This document shows positions 1 to 8,935 of a stretch of DNA of 32,000 bases, piece by piece. Positions within the stretch are counted from its first letter, which is position 1. Every line of letters begins with the position of its first letter. The position numbers and the translations under genes are program-made. The notes beneath the pieces were generated by a model. That model worked only from the letters and a program-made list of their open reading frames with translations. It was not told the DNA's origin and did not search any database. The DNA is from Pyrobaculum aerophilum str. IM2. Its GTDB lineage: Archaea; Thermoproteota; Thermoprotei; Thermoproteales; Thermoproteaceae. The DNA is taken from NCBI RefSeq assembly GCF_000007225.1, contig NC_003364.1, forward strand, positions 120,001 to 152,000. The letters run 5' to 3'.

Positions 1-319
1 GCGGGTCGTTTGGAATTAACGCCCCCGGCAAAAGCCCGGCCTCGGTGAGTATTTGAAAGCCGTTGCAAATGCCTAAAACCGGCACTCCCCTCTCCGCGTC
101 TTCGCGGACGTGGTCCATCGCCTTAGTGGCTGCGGCTATTGCCCCAGCCCTCAGCCTGTCGCCGTAGGAGAAGCCCCCCGCCAGAACTACCGCGTCGTAT
201 TTGCCGGCGGCGTAGTCGCGGTACCACACGAGCTCCCCCCTGGCCCCCGCGAGCTCCAGCGCCCTCAACACGTCGTAGTCGCCGTTGGTGCCCGGGAATT
301 TCAAAACGGCTATTCTCAT
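1..319 (-). CDS. purQ: Phosphoribosylformylglycinamidine synthase glutaminase subunit PurQ, N-terminal part (gene runs off the left edge)
   Basis: My reverse-strand translation from ATG 319..317 gives [63 protein letters not shown]...[23 protein letters not shown]. It contains the class-I amidotransferase nucleophile elbow GICNGFQ. Its start overlaps the purS stop as ATGA. This ORF is not in the supplied track because it is truncated by the window edge. Confidence 0.9.
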   Translation of the reverse strand, partial: MRIAVLKFPGTNGDYDVLRALELAGARGELVWYRDYAAGKYDAVVLAGGFSYGDRLRAGAIAAATKAMDHVREDAERGVPVLGICNGFQILTEAGLLPGALIPNDP

Positions 320-570
320 AGAGGCGCCACTTTTAACACCTCCACAACGTGGACGTTGGGATTGCCCAGCCTCGCCTCCTTGGCAATTTTCAACGCGTTG
401 GAGGCGGCCTCTTCGGGGCTCTGTGCGTCGATCACTAAGACTAGGCACTTCCCGGCCCGGACCTCAACGGAGTAGCCCAGCCTCCCCAAGAGGTCTTTTG
501 ATATAGTCTCCCCCTCGGGATCCCGGATGCTGGGTTTGTAAGTCACGTTGAGATACACGGCGTATTTCAT
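316..570 (-). CDS. purS: Phosphoribosylformylglycinamidine synthase subunit PurS
   Basis: 84-aa ORF of PurS size and character ([23 protein letters not shown]...). It lies directly upstream of and overlapping purQ, and divergent from purL. A TATA-like ATTTATAT (minus strand, 592..599) sits about 25 nt upstream of the ATG. Confidence 0.88.
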   Translation of the reverse strand: MKYAVYLNVTYKPSIRDPEGETISKDLLGRLGYSVEVRAGKCLVLVIDAQSPEEAASNALKIAKEARLGNPNVHVVEVLKVAPL

Positions 571-714
571 ATAGAGGCGTAAACCACATCCATATAAATC
601 TTAAGGGCCGGCGAGGTCTTTTAACTATTCATTTAAACTAAGAGGCAGTAGAGGCGGCGCAACCCCCTGGATTATTTAAAGGAAATATTTTAAAACTGAG
701 GTCGGGAGGGGGAC
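571..714. promoter_or_regulatory. Divergent purS / purL promoter region with two TATA-like boxes
   Basis: AT-rich boxes lie at 592..599 (serving purS on the minus strand) and 684..697 (AAATATTTTAAAAC, serving purL). Each is about 22-30 nt from its ATG (570 and 715), which fits leaderless archaeal transcripts. Confidence 0.5.
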
Positions 715-2808
715 ATGGCCTTGAGCCCGGGGGAGTTGGAGCTGATTAGAAGCGCCTTGGGGAGGGAGCCGACAGAAGTGGAATACGCCTTGTTCCGCTC
801 CCACTGGTCTGAGCACTGTTCTTATAAATCCACTAGGATGTGGCTTAGGCGGCTTCCCTCCAAGGCGCCGTGGGTCGTGAGGGGCCCCGGCACAGATGCG
901 CCTCTAGTGGAGATAGCCGAGGGGCTATACGCCACTTTTAAAATTGAGTCTCACAACCACCCAAGCGCCGTGGATCCGTACAACGGCGCGGCCACGGGGG
1001 TAGGCGGCATTATTAGGGATATTCTAACCGTGGGGGCCAGGCCCATTGCCCTGTTGGTCAATTTACACTTCGGGCCTCCGTCCCACCCCCACGCGCGGTG
1101 GATCGCGGTAAACGTAATAAGGGGCATCTCAGACTACGGCAATAGAGTAGGCGTGCCGGTGGTGGGGGGAGAGACGTGGTTTCACGAGGACTTCACCTAC
1201 ACCCCCATCGTCTTGGCCACGTGCGTGGGCATAGTGGAAAAAGACGGCGTCCCCCCAGGCGGGGCTGAGCCCGGCGATTTAATCATTGTGGCAGGGCTAG
1301 GCGCTGATAAAAGCGGCTTGGGGGGGTCAGCCTTCGCGAGCAAGACGCTGAGCGAAGAGGCCGAGGAGGACTTGGGCGCGGTGCAAGTGGCAGATCCTCT
1401 AATGGGGAAAAAGCTAATAGACCTCGTCAGAGAGGCCCGGAGTTGCGTTAAGTTTATAAAAGACCTGGGCGGGGGCGGGCTCGCGACAGCCCTCGCGGAG
1501 CTCGCCGAGTGGTTCCAGCTGGGAGTAGTGGCCGAGTTGGACAAAATCCACATGGCGGATAGGGAGATGGGACCCGCCGAGGTGCTGACAAGCGAGACCC
1601 AGGAGAGGATGGTGTTCGTGACAAGCCCCTCAAAGCTGGAGTGCTTAGAGCGGCTGTTAGAGAAATTCGAAGTGCCGTATTCAATAGTGGGGCGTTTCAC
1701 GGCAGAGGGGAGAGTTGTTTTAAAATGGCGCGGCGAAGTTGTCGGCGACTTGCCGCTGAGCCTTGTGGCGAAAGCCCCCGAAACGCCCTGGCCGCAAGAG
1801 CCGTATGCCCCGCCCCCGCTCCCCCACGTCCCAGAGCCGCCTATTGAAAAGGCCATAGACGCCGTGTTGTCCTCCCCAAACGTGGCGTTTAAACAGGCAA
1901 TATACGAGAGGTTTGATTTCGACGTCGGGGTGCGGACCGTCCTAAAGCCCGGCGAGGGCGACGCCGCTGTGTTGAAAATATACGAGAGGGGGAATTTAGG
2001 CCTAGCGGTTAAGGGAGACGCCAACCCCCGCTTTACTTACCTCAACCCACGCCTGGGTGCCGCCAATGCCTTTATAAAGGCGTATAGAAACGTGGCAGTG
2101 GTAGGCGGGAGGCCCCTCGCCGCCGTCGACTCTATCAACGTGGGGAGCCCCTCCAGGCCCAGCGCCTACTGGCAGTTCGTAGAGGCCGTGGAGGGCTTGA
2201 GGGAGGCGGCTGAGGCCCTCGGCGTGCCGATAGTGGGAGGCAAGGTTAGTCTGTACAATGAATACAAGGGCAAGCCGGTGGCGCCCACGGTGGCCGTGGT
2301 GGTCCTCGGCGTAGTTGAAGACGTCTCTAAAGTCAATAAGGCGGTGTGGAAAGAAGGCGACGGCGTCTACGTCTGGGGCGTGACGAAAGATGAGGTGGGA
2401 GGCAGCGAGTACTTACACCGCGTCCACGGCCTCGTGGCGGGGCAGCCGCCGTCAATTGACTACAGCGTAGAAAAAGAGCTCGCGGCCGTTGTGAGAAAGT
2501 GGGCGGGGAGGCTTACCGGGGCAAAGGACGTGGGCCTCGGCGGCTTGGCGGCGGCGCTGGCCAAAATGGCCGCGGCCAGCGGGATAGGCGCAGATATTGA
2601 TATCTGCAAGGCCCCCTCAACTACCGCCAGGCTAGACTACTTGCTCTTCAGCGAGTCTAACGGCAGGTTTATCGCGGCCGGCGAGGAGGGGCCGGGGACT
2701 AGGGTGGGCGCCGCGGGCGGGGATTATTTCACCCTCCGGTGCGGCTCGACGATAGTATACAAGAGGAAAGTGGAGGAACTAGCAGAGTTGATGAGCCTTA
2801 AGATTTAA
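715..2808 (+). CDS. purL: Phosphoribosylformylglycinamidine synthase II (FGAM synthase large subunit) PurL
   Basis: 697-aa ORF with PurL hallmarks: [32 protein letters not shown], a duplicated PurM-like fold and [14 protein letters not shown]. It sits among pur genes. Confidence 0.97.
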   Translation: MALSPGELELIRSALGREPTEVEYALFRSHWSEHCSYKSTRMWLRRLPSKAPWVVRGPGTDAPLVEIAEGLYATFKIESHNHPSAVDPYNGAATGVGGIIRDILTVGARPIALLVNLHFGPPSHPHARWIAVNVIRGISDYGNRVGVPVVGGETWFHEDFTYTPIVLATCVGIVEKDGVPPGGAEPGDLIIVAGLGADKSGLGGSAFASKTLSEEAEEDLGAVQVADPLMGKKLIDLVREARSCVKFIKDLGGGGLATALAELAEWFQLGVVAELDKIHMADREMGPAEVLTSETQERMVFVTSPSKLECLERLLEKFEVPYSIVGRFTAEGRVVLKWRGEVVGDLPLSLVAKAPETPWPQEPYAPPPLPHVPEPPIEKAIDAVLSSPNVAFKQAIYERFDFDVGVRTVLKPGEGDAAVLKIYERGNLGLAVKGDANPRFTYLNPRLGAANAFIKAYRNVAVVGGRPLAAVDSINVGSPSRPSAYWQFVEAVEGLREAAEALGVPIVGGKVSLYNEYKGKPVAPTVAVVVLGVVEDVSKVNKAVWKEGDGVYVWGVTKDEVGGSEYLHRVHGLVAGQPPSIDYSVEKELAAVVRKWAGRLTGAKDVGLGGLAAALAKMAAASGIGADIDICKAPSTTARLDYLLFSESNGRFIAAGEEGPGTRVGAAGGDYFTLRCGSTIVYKRKVEELAELMSLKI

Positions 2809-2810
2809 CA

Positions 2811-4073
2811 ATGTGCGGCATAGGCGGCGCCTGGGGCGGCAGGGCCGGGGAGAGGGTTAGGCGCATGGCCCCCTGGCTCATGCACCGGGGACATGAGGGG
2901 GTGGGGTATGCGTATATGAAAGGAGGGGAGATTGCCCTGGGGGAGCCCCGGGACGACGCAGAGGGGGCCTTGGTGCACACCAGATACAGCACCTCGGGGG
3001 AGTACGGAGTGCAACTACAGCCAGTCCTCGCCAAGTATAGAGATTTAGAAATCGCCGTGGTCTTCAACGGGACAGTAGTTAACTACAAGAGACTCGGCGT
3101 GGAGAGCCCCAGTTTTGACGGCGACGCGCTTGCCAAGGCCTTGGCGAGGGAGATATGGGAGCGGGGAGTTGAGCAGGGGGTTATAAGCGTATACTCTAAA
3201 ATCGTCGGCGCGGCCACCCTCCTGGCCTTGACCCCCTGGGGCCTTCTGGCCGTGAGAGATCCGCGGGGGATTAGGCCGCTGGCCTACCGTCTCTACGGAG
3301 AGGGGGTGGCCTTCTCTTCAGAGACCGTGGCGCTGGGAGGCGGGCAGGAGGTGGCCCCGGGCCTAGCCGTGTTGTACGGCAAGAGGATGGCCTTTTGGAA
3401 AATACCCCCAGGAGAGGCCAAAATATGCGCCATGGAGCTAGTCTACTTCGCCCACCCAGCCTCTATTCTGGGCAACCGCCTCGTGGCCGACGTGAGGAGG
3501 GCATTGGGGAGGGCCCTCGCAGAGGTGGAGACCCACAACTTCGACGTAGTGGCCTACGTCCCCGAGACTGCGAGGACTGCGGCGGAGGCCTTCGCCGAGG
3601 CGCTGGGAAAGCCGCTGGTAGACGCCGTGGTGAAGAACAGGTTTGCGGGGCGGGTCTTCATCACGCCGCCTCACCTCCGAAACCCCGGCGATGCCTTTCG
3701 GGCTGTGCCCCAGCTGGTAGAGGGCAGAAGGGTTGCCCTTGTGGACGACTCGTTGATAAGAGGCACAAACATTAGGACGGTGGTGAGATTGCTGAAGGAG
3801 GCGGGAGCCAGGGAGGTACACGTGAGGATAGCGTCGCCCCCCGTGAAATGGCCCTGCTTCTTCGGCATGGACTTCCAGACAAGGAGGGAGCTTGTAGCTC
3901 ACAAACGCGACGTGGAGGCAATAAGGGCGTACATAGGCGCGGACAGCCTCATATACCTACCCCTCGAAAAGTTTAGACAGATCCTGGGAAGCGCCTGCTA
4001 CGGCTGCTTCACCGGGGAGTACCCGGTCCAGATAAACGTCGAGGAGGCGGAGGTAAGTACGCGCGGCGCTTAG
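2811..4073 (+). CDS. purF: Amidophosphoribosyltransferase PurF
   Basis: 420-aa ORF beginning MCGI (Ntn nucleophile Cys after Met). It has the PRPP-binding loop VALVDDSLIRGTN and C-terminal Cys residues (WPCFFGMD, CYGC) typical of the 4Fe-4S type. It starts 2 nt after purL ends. Confidence 0.95.
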   Translation: MCGIGGAWGGRAGERVRRMAPWLMHRGHEGVGYAYMKGGEIALGEPRDDAEGALVHTRYSTSGEYGVQLQPVLAKYRDLEIAVVFNGTVVNYKRLGVESPSFDGDALAKALAREIWERGVEQGVISVYSKIVGAATLLALTPWGLLAVRDPRGIRPLAYRLYGEGVAFSSETVALGGGQEVAPGLAVLYGKRMAFWKIPPGEAKICAMELVYFAHPASILGNRLVADVRRALGRALAEVETHNFDVVAYVPETARTAAEAFAEALGKPLVDAVVKNRFAGRVFITPPHLRNPGDAFRAVPQLVEGRRVALVDDSLIRGTNIRTVVRLLKEAGAREVHVRIASPPVKWPCFFGMDFQTRRELVAHKRDVEAIRAYIGADSLIYLPLEKFRQILGSACYGCFTGEYPVQINVEEAEVSTRGA

Positions 4074-4111
4074 CATACCTCAGTTCAGCTTAATACTGTC
4101 AGCAATTTAGT

Positions 4112-4504
4112 ATGGCGAGGATCGCAGTGATAGCCCTAATGGCGGCGGCCTCTGTATCCGCCTTGATAGGGCTGGCGTTTGTAGGCGGATTCTTGGCGCC
4201 TTTCGGCAAGTACAACTACGAGGCCAACTACACGATAAGGGGAGTGGTCAACAGCGGGGGCTACCGGCATGAGATCGTAGTAGGGTGGATAGTCGTGGGG
4301 AACAGCCCCTTGGGCAACTACAGCTACGGCGAGATAACGGGCACCAAGTTCAAGGCAGCGTTGGAGAAGGGCACGCTGTACGCGGTCGCATGTACATTCG
4401 GCGTGTGCACCCGCATGACCTACAGCCCCTCTTGGCTCAACTTGATCTCCGTCAGGCAGGACGCGCTCAAGCCGTCGGGGCCGTGCCAAGCGCTGGGGAC
4501 GTAG
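4112..4504 (+). CDS. Hypothetical membrane-anchored protein, probably the 5' part of a frame-broken gene
   Basis: 130-aa ORF with an N-terminal hydrophobic anchor (MARIAVIALMAAASVSALIGLAFVGGFLAPF) and N-x-S/T sequons. Protein-like sequence continues in two other frames up to 4748 (see findings). Confidence 0.5.
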   Translation: MARIAVIALMAAASVSALIGLAFVGGFLAPFGKYNYEANYTIRGVVNSGGYRHEIVVGWIVVGNSPLGNYSYGEITGTKFKAALEKGTLYAVACTFGVCTRMTYSPSWLNLISVRQDALKPSGPCQALGT

Positions 4505-4737
4505 GCACGCTCTACACGGGAGTCGTGAAGCAGTCGGCGGAGATTATCGGTTCTATTCCCATGCAAGCCGCCGGCGACATGACAGTAGCCATGTGCGTGG
4601 TAAATGGAGTCCCCCTAACCATACGGATAACCACCACCGCCACCATGTCCGGCCAGACCCTTCTACCATCTTGGACATGAACGCCACGAGAGTAGGCCCC
4701 TTCAACGGGGACACCTACCGCAAAATCCTGGCCGAGG

Positions 4738-4902
4738 TCAAGGGCTAGGGCCATCCATCATCACATCCGCCCCGCAGATCAGTCTCAGCGCCTCCCCGGC
4801 CCTTGTGGCCGCCTCCTCCACAGACACAGCCGTAATGTTCACGCGGCCCATCTTCCGCTTCGGCCTTGTAGTGCTAGTAAACCCGCCAGCGGTAATAGTG
4901 GT
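4738..4902 (-). pseudogene. purK-like 3' end remnant (C-terminal ~35 codons of an ATP-grasp N5-CAIR synthase)
   Basis: My minus-strand translation gives ...GFTSTTRPKRKMGRVNITAVSVEEAATRAGEALRLICGADV...*. This parallels the intact PurK C-terminus ...KKEARPRRKMGHVNITGGSLAEVASKARLALQLIYG. At the DNA level, 4831..4866 aligns with 5811..5846 with many mismatches (shared blocks atgttcac and ggcccatcttcc). The frame is closed upstream by a TAG at 4903..4905, and no start codon or N-terminal domain is present. Confidence 0.55.
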
Positions 4903-4979
4903 CTATATTGTGAGTCGTTGAGATAGTAGAAATGGGCTGAGAGCGCCAGGGGGTAATATATATAAGCCTCAGAGGGGGC

Positions 4980-5468
4980 ATGGACATGCTCGTCCCTGAG
5001 GTGTTGGCAAGAGAGCTCGCGAGGAGGGGCTTAGGGCCCGACTTCGTGGCCGACGTGCTGATAGCCGCGCTGGGGCTCGACCCGAGAGACGCAGCGAGGG
5101 CGCATGCGGAGCTCGCCTTGGGCATGTACAGAGAGGGCTTGGCCTACGTGGAGAGGGGGGACGTGGCGCAAGCCAGCGACAAGTTGTACAAAGCCGTCGA
5201 GGAGGGGGTGAAGGCGCTGGCCTTCTCCCGGGGGCTCCCCGAGGCGGAGGAGGCCGCGTCGAAGGGCAGATGGACAGTGGCCTTGCTCGACAAGGCAGCG
5301 GCTAAGCTCGGCGATGTGGTATACAGGGCGTGGGACGCCGCCTACTTCCTCCACGTCAACGGCTTCCACGAGGTCAGGATAGATATCGACATCGTGAAGG
5401 CCAAGCTCAAGGCCATTGAGCCGATGATGGAGCTCGTGAAGGAGCTAGCCGGACGCGGCCTCTCATAG
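4980..5468 (+). CDS. PaREP1-family protein (Pyrobaculum repeated-gene family, helical)
   Basis: 162-aa all-helical ORF. The pattern ...ASDKLYKAVEEGVKALAFSRG...KGRWTVALLDKAAAKLGDVVYRAWDAAYFLHVNGFHE... matches my memory of the archaeal PaREP1/PaREP8 family. A strong TATA (TAATATATATAAG, 4954..4966) lies 20-26 nt upstream of the two candidate ATGs (4980 and 4986). Confidence 0.6.
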   Translation: MDMLVPEVLARELARRGLGPDFVADVLIAALGLDPRDAARAHAELALGMYREGLAYVERGDVAQASDKLYKAVEEGVKALAFSRGLPEAEEAASKGRWTVALLDKAAAKLGDVVYRAWDAAYFLHVNGFHEVRIDIDIVKAKLKAIEPMMELVKELAGRGLS

Positions 5469-5521
5469 AATGCGCCGCGCGGCTAGGCCGCCGGCTCCGA
5501 GCAAGACCGGGGCCGCTCCGA

Positions 5522-5761
5522 GAGGAGGCGGATGTTGAGGGGTCGGGAGACCTCCACGCGCTCTACGGCGACCTCATGAAGACGTTACACGAGGAGGCCT
5601 TCTACGAGGGCGTGTACCAGCCGGAGGAGGTGAAATATGCAGCGCCGCAGTATATCAGCCAGTTACGACAGCTTGTCTCCCACCCGCCGACGATGCGAGT
5701 TCACTACCAGAGGCGGCGTAGGATCTCAAGACCAGCCTCGGGAAGTCGCGGCCGTAAATAA
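5522..5761 (+). pseudogene. PaREP1-like C-terminal fragment, antisense-overlapping the purK 3' tail
   Basis: The frame reads ...GDLHALYGDLMKTLHEEAFYEGVYQPEEVKYAAPQYISQLRQLVS. This parallels the C-terminus of the neighbouring PaREP1 protein (GDVVYRAWDAAYFLHVNGFHEVRIDIDIVKAKLKAIEPMMELVK) in the pattern GD..LH..F.E..V..I..LV. No N-terminal half is present. Confidence 0.4.
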
Positions 5762-6794
5762 GTTGCAACGCCAGTCTGGCCTTCGAGGCGACCTCCGCGA
5801 GGGATCCGCCGGTGATGTTCACATGGCCCATCTTCCTCCTAGGCCTCGCCTCCTTCTTGTAGTACCAGTAGATCTTCCCGATCCTCTCCAGCTCAGCCAC
5901 GGGGAGCTTCTCAATAGGCACCCCCAGTATGTTGACCATCGCCGTCGGGGCAATCGCCTTGGGCTCCCGCACCGGGAGCCCCAAGACGGCCTTCACGTGG
6001 TTCTCGAACTGGCTCGCGTCAGTCTCAAGAGTCCAGTGAGCTGTGTTGTGAACTCTCGGCGCTATCTCGTTGGCCAATATCCTCCCGTCGCTTGTCTCGA
6101 AGAACTCCACAGCGAGGACCCCCACGTATTTCCACCTGTCAAGTATTCTGTGGACATACTCGTAGGCCTCCTCGGGGGCCTTCACGGGCGCGATGTTCCA
6201 AACCAATATGCCGTGTACGTAGTAGTTCTGGGCAGGCGGGTAGAAGTAGACGTTGCCATTCTCCGCCCTAACGGCCACAATAGAGAACTCCCTCTTGATG
6301 TCCACGTACTCCTCCACCAAGAGCTCCCCCTCGAGCCTTGAAATGGCCCCGGCCTCCCTCGGGTATACGTACTGCCCCTTCCCGTCGTATCCGCCCGTCG
6401 GCACCTTGACCACGGCCCTCCTCATGGACTCCGCAATTTTAAGCGCCTCCTCCCACCCGGCCGCCCGGCGCCACGGCACGGTGGGAACGCCTATCGAGTC
6501 GAAAAAGGCCCTCTCCTCCAGCCGGCTCTTCTTCAGACGCAGGTACGCCAGCGGCGGCCTGAGCTTGCCCAGCCTCTCAGCCCTCTCCGCGAGGGAGATG
6601 TCCACGTTCTCAAACTCGAAGGTGACGGCGTCGGCCCTCTCCACCTCTTCAAGCGGGTCCGCAGGCCTCCGCGCGCACCTATAGGCCGGCGCAGAGGAGT
6701 CGGGGTCGTACACAGAGAAATCCACAGGAATCCTCTGCGACTCCCAGCACATCATCAGCGCAAGTTGCCCCCCGCCGAGGACGAAGAGCCGCAT
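5655..6794 (-). CDS. purK: N5-carboxyaminoimidazole ribonucleotide synthase PurK (ATP-grasp)
   Basis: 379-aa ORF with an N-terminal MRLFVLGGGQLALMM, an ATP-grasp core and the C-terminal RKMGHVNITG motif. A TATA-like AGTTTAAAAGC (6813..6823) lies about 24 nt upstream of the ATG at 6794. The last ~30 residues (RDFPRLVLRSYAASGSELASSAGGRQAVVTG) look non-canonical and overlap the PaREP1 fragment. Confidence 0.93.
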   Translation of the reverse strand: MRLFVLGGGQLALMMCWESQRIPVDFSVYDPDSSAPAYRCARRPADPLEEVERADAVTFEFENVDISLAERAERLGKLRPPLAYLRLKKSRLEERAFFDSIGVPTVPWRRAAGWEEALKIAESMRRAVVKVPTGGYDGKGQYVYPREAGAISRLEGELLVEEYVDIKREFSIVAVRAENGNVYFYPPAQNYYVHGILVWNIAPVKAPEEAYEYVHRILDRWKYVGVLAVEFFETSDGRILANEIAPRVHNTAHWTLETDASQFENHVKAVLGLPVREPKAIAPTAMVNILGVPIEKLPVAELERIGKIYWYYKKEARPRRKMGHVNITGGSLAEVASKARLALQLIYGRDFPRLVLRSYAASGSELASSAGGRQAVVTG

Positions 6795-6861
6795 GGCGAA
6801 GTAGATTACTACAGTTTAAAAGCTTTAGTTAAAAAACAGACGGGGAACGCTGATGTAGCCC

Positions 6862-6898
6862 CGCCTTGTATTTAAACGTTTGGTGAAAAGGACTTTAT
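6862..6898. repeat. Left copy of a 37-nt imperfect direct repeat (putative att site) bracketing the island
   Basis: 6862..6898 (cgccttgtatttaaacgtttggtgaaaaggactttat) aligns base for base with 19456..19492 (cgcctgatgtttaaacgtctagtgaaaaggactttat). 32 of 37 positions match, with uninterrupted 9-nt and 16-nt blocks. Confidence 0.75.
6872..6898 (-). pseudogene. Displaced purE 3' end remnant (last 8 codons plus stop)
   Basis: The minus strand reads ATA AAG TCC TTT TCA CCA AAC GTT TAA, giving IKSFSPNV*. The intact purE end at 19466..19492 reads IKSFSLDV*. The remnant lies 77 nt upstream of the purK ATG and is followed, like the real purE end, by a T6 tract 35-41 nt after the stop (6831..6836 versus 19426..19431). 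Weaker similarity may continue to about 6960. Confidence 0.65.
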
Positions 6899-7221
6899 AT
6901 AAAGAGCACCACGTCCCGTATCTTCTTCACGCTCGCTTGACGCGCACGGCCCACTCCAGCAGGTCTAATGGTGCTGGGCAACGGCGATTAGGTTTTTGAG
7001 GGTGAGGCTCGCCTTGCCACCACTCTCCGCCCTGTCGATTATCCTATCCCCCGTCGCCCTCATGGACCGCGACGGCTATGTGCGGCGTTTTCACCTTCAC
7101 GTCGGCGTTTATCTCGCCCTTCTAGTCTGTCGGGGGTTGTATGCCCTCTTGCAACGGCTTTTCGCCGGGTTGCCTATCGTCTTGACGCCGTATTTTGAGC
7201 CAACTAGCTTAAGCAAGAGAT

Positions 7222-7572
7222 CTACGCCGTAGAGCTCCCGGCAGGCGCGGGCCCATGCCCGGATGCGAGGAGCGAGAGATGTAGCCAAAGACTACACGCG
7301 GTGGGTAGAGGCCCTGGTTTGTACACCACGCCTAATGAAAACACGGCACCAATATGCTTCAAATAGATAGCCGCATCGCCCCCAACCTCGGCGAGCCAGA
7401 CCTCCCCCGTCGCCGACAGCTGTACGCTCCTCATAGGCAGCTTCTTCCATTTCGCAGGGAGGTGATAGTATTATAGCAACGGGGGATCGCGCCCAGCGAA
7501 ATACGGCTCGAAATACTTCCACAGCTCCTCTGCAGCCTTTAGGAACACGCCGAGGGTGCCTGGAGGACAGCC
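7222..7572 (-). pseudogene. Degenerate ORF with an in-frame TAA; unidentified gene remnant (weak resemblance to an IS200/IS605 TnpB N-terminal region)
   Basis: One minus frame reads ...TLGVFLKAAEELWKYFEPYFAGRDPPLL*YYHLPAKWKKLPMRSVQLSATGEVWLAEVGGDAAIYLKHIGAVFSLGVVYKPGP..., with a TAA at 7471..7473. The segments LPAKWKK and IYLKHIG loosely recall the FKxK and lPkiG segments of TnpB. This is by eye only. Confidence 0.25.
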
Positions 7573-8006
7573 TCAACGCGACATAGGGCACCGCATACGT
7601 AGCGTAAAACCCCGGCGTCTTTCTGCCACATTAATGGGAGAATGGCATTTTACGTGTTCAGGCGCGTGATTTTTGATGTGGGCCCTCACGGCTGTTCTGC
7701 TCTCCGTCTGCTGTTGGTGTGGTGTGCGTAGGCCTATGTGCACAGGTTGCCGGCTATCCGGCCTTGTGGGGAAACGTCGGCGTAGAGCCGTCCAGCATAG
7801 GGCATGTGGCGTCGGTTGTGTGGTAGTGGAGGATGGCGGGAGTGTGGGCCAAAAGATCGGGGTGCGGAGCGGTGGATGATGTGATTGGTGCGCAAGCCGG
7901 CCGGCTTCAACACTGCGTTAATGTGCGTATGGGCGTGAAACGGTTCTTATAGGGCCGTAAACCGTTTAGCATTATTTTATAGAAAAATTATTAATAATTT
8001 TAACAG

Positions 8007-8900
8007 TTGCACCTCTTCGTGACAAACTACTGGCTCACCATGTTGCCTGAGGAAAATTTTAAGCGCGTCGTAGAGCTGGGCCTCTACGGGCTTCCTGCAA
8101 GCGTCGCAGAGATGGCGAAGAGGATAAAGCCAGGCGATAGGCTAGTGGTGTACATAATGAAAGAGGGCTGTAGAGAGCTGTGCCAGTCCTTCGCCGCGGT
8201 GCTAGAGGTGGTGGGCCAGTGGAGGAGGTCTAATAAGCCCATCTGGCCAGATGAGGCGAGGGAGGGACGCGTTAAGTACCCTTTGGTGGTGGACGTGAAG
8301 GCTGTGGCGATGGGCAAGGCTGAGTTTTCCAAAATAAGGGAGAGGCTGGAGGAGTTGATAGGCGCCGAGGGCCTAGACCCCAAGAAGCTGAGGCTCTACG
8401 CGCTTTACTACGCCAAGCGCCCCTTGCCGCCCGGCGTCGGCGAGTTCATCGAGGAGTTGCGGAGGGCGGAGCGGCGCGCGGCCGGGGAGGAGCTCTCCCA
8501 TAAAGAGCTCGTGGAGGCGGTTGTGGAGGTTGGGCGTTGGCTTGGCTTTAGAGTGGAGCGGGAGTACCGCATAGACAACTTCAGGGTAGACGCGGCGTTT
8601 TTCAAGCCGCCGAGGGCTACGCCTTATGCCGTCGTCGAGGTGCATGTAGGGGGCGACGTGTATAAGGACTTGGCCGCGCTGAAGCACGCCTATGACAAAT
8701 ACGGCTGCAAGCTGGTGTACGTACTGGCGAGGGACGAGGAGCAAGTCGCCAAGTTGCTAGACGAGGCGCTTCAAGGCGCCTTCCACGAGATTAGAGAACA
8801 CGTCGCCGTGGTGAAGCCCATGGAGTTGCTCAAACTACGCGAAGCGCTGAGGCAAGAGGGGGTTATGAGGCTTTTAAAGTGGCTAGAGGTGGTAAAATAG
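8007..8900 (+). CDS. EVE (PUA-like) domain protein fused to a C-terminal PD-(D/E)xK-like nuclease domain; candidate modification-dependent (type IV-like) restriction enzyme
   Basis: The N-terminal ~130 aa (NYWLTMLPEENFKRVVELGLYGLP...IKPGDRLVVYIMKEG...FAAVLEVVGQW...IWPDE...KYPLVVDVKAV) fits the archaeal EVE/UPF0310 pattern. The C-terminal part (WLGFRVEREYRIDNFRVDAAFF...PYAVVEVHVGGDVYKDLAALKHAY) has an E...D...E-x-H/K restriction-endonuclease-like arrangement. The track start is TTG 8007. GTG 8019 lies about 25 nt downstream of the very AT-rich box 7985..8002 and is the more likely leaderless start. Confidence 0.65.
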   Translation: MHLFVTNYWLTMLPEENFKRVVELGLYGLPASVAEMAKRIKPGDRLVVYIMKEGCRELCQSFAAVLEVVGQWRRSNKPIWPDEAREGRVKYPLVVDVKAVAMGKAEFSKIRERLEELIGAEGLDPKKLRLYALYYAKRPLPPGVGEFIEELRRAERRAAGEELSHKELVEAVVEVGRWLGFRVEREYRIDNFRVDAAFFKPPRATPYAVVEVHVGGDVYKDLAALKHAYDKYGCKLVYVLARDEEQVAKLLDEALQGAFHEIREHVAVVKPMELLKLREALRQEGVMRLLKWLEVVK

Positions 8901-8935
8901 CCGCTAGGCATATAAATCAGCGGGTACATGTCTTC

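Noticed and set aside
1197-2024. 275-aa minus-strand ORF (and the smaller ORFs 1454..1684 and 1641..1847) inside purL
   Set aside because: It is fully antisense or off-frame to a strongly supported purL. Its composition is Ser/Pro/Ala/Thr-rich and low in complexity, typical of shadow ORFs in GC-rich coding DNA.
4512-4754. 80-aa minus-strand ORF
   Set aside because: It is antisense to the protein-like second and third segments of the frame-broken plus-strand gene, and has no promoter or motif.
5637-6341. 234-aa plus-strand ORF overlapping purK
   Set aside because: It is antisense to the well-supported purK, is Arg/Leu/Pro/Val-rich with no motifs, and is a shadow ORF. The same reasoning applies to 6253..6684.
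7937-7967. 8-bp inverted repeat (aaacggtt / aaccgttt) upstream of the EVE gene promoter
   Set aside because: It is short enough to occur by chance and has no second copy or recognisable operator context. It is noted only as a candidate regulator site.
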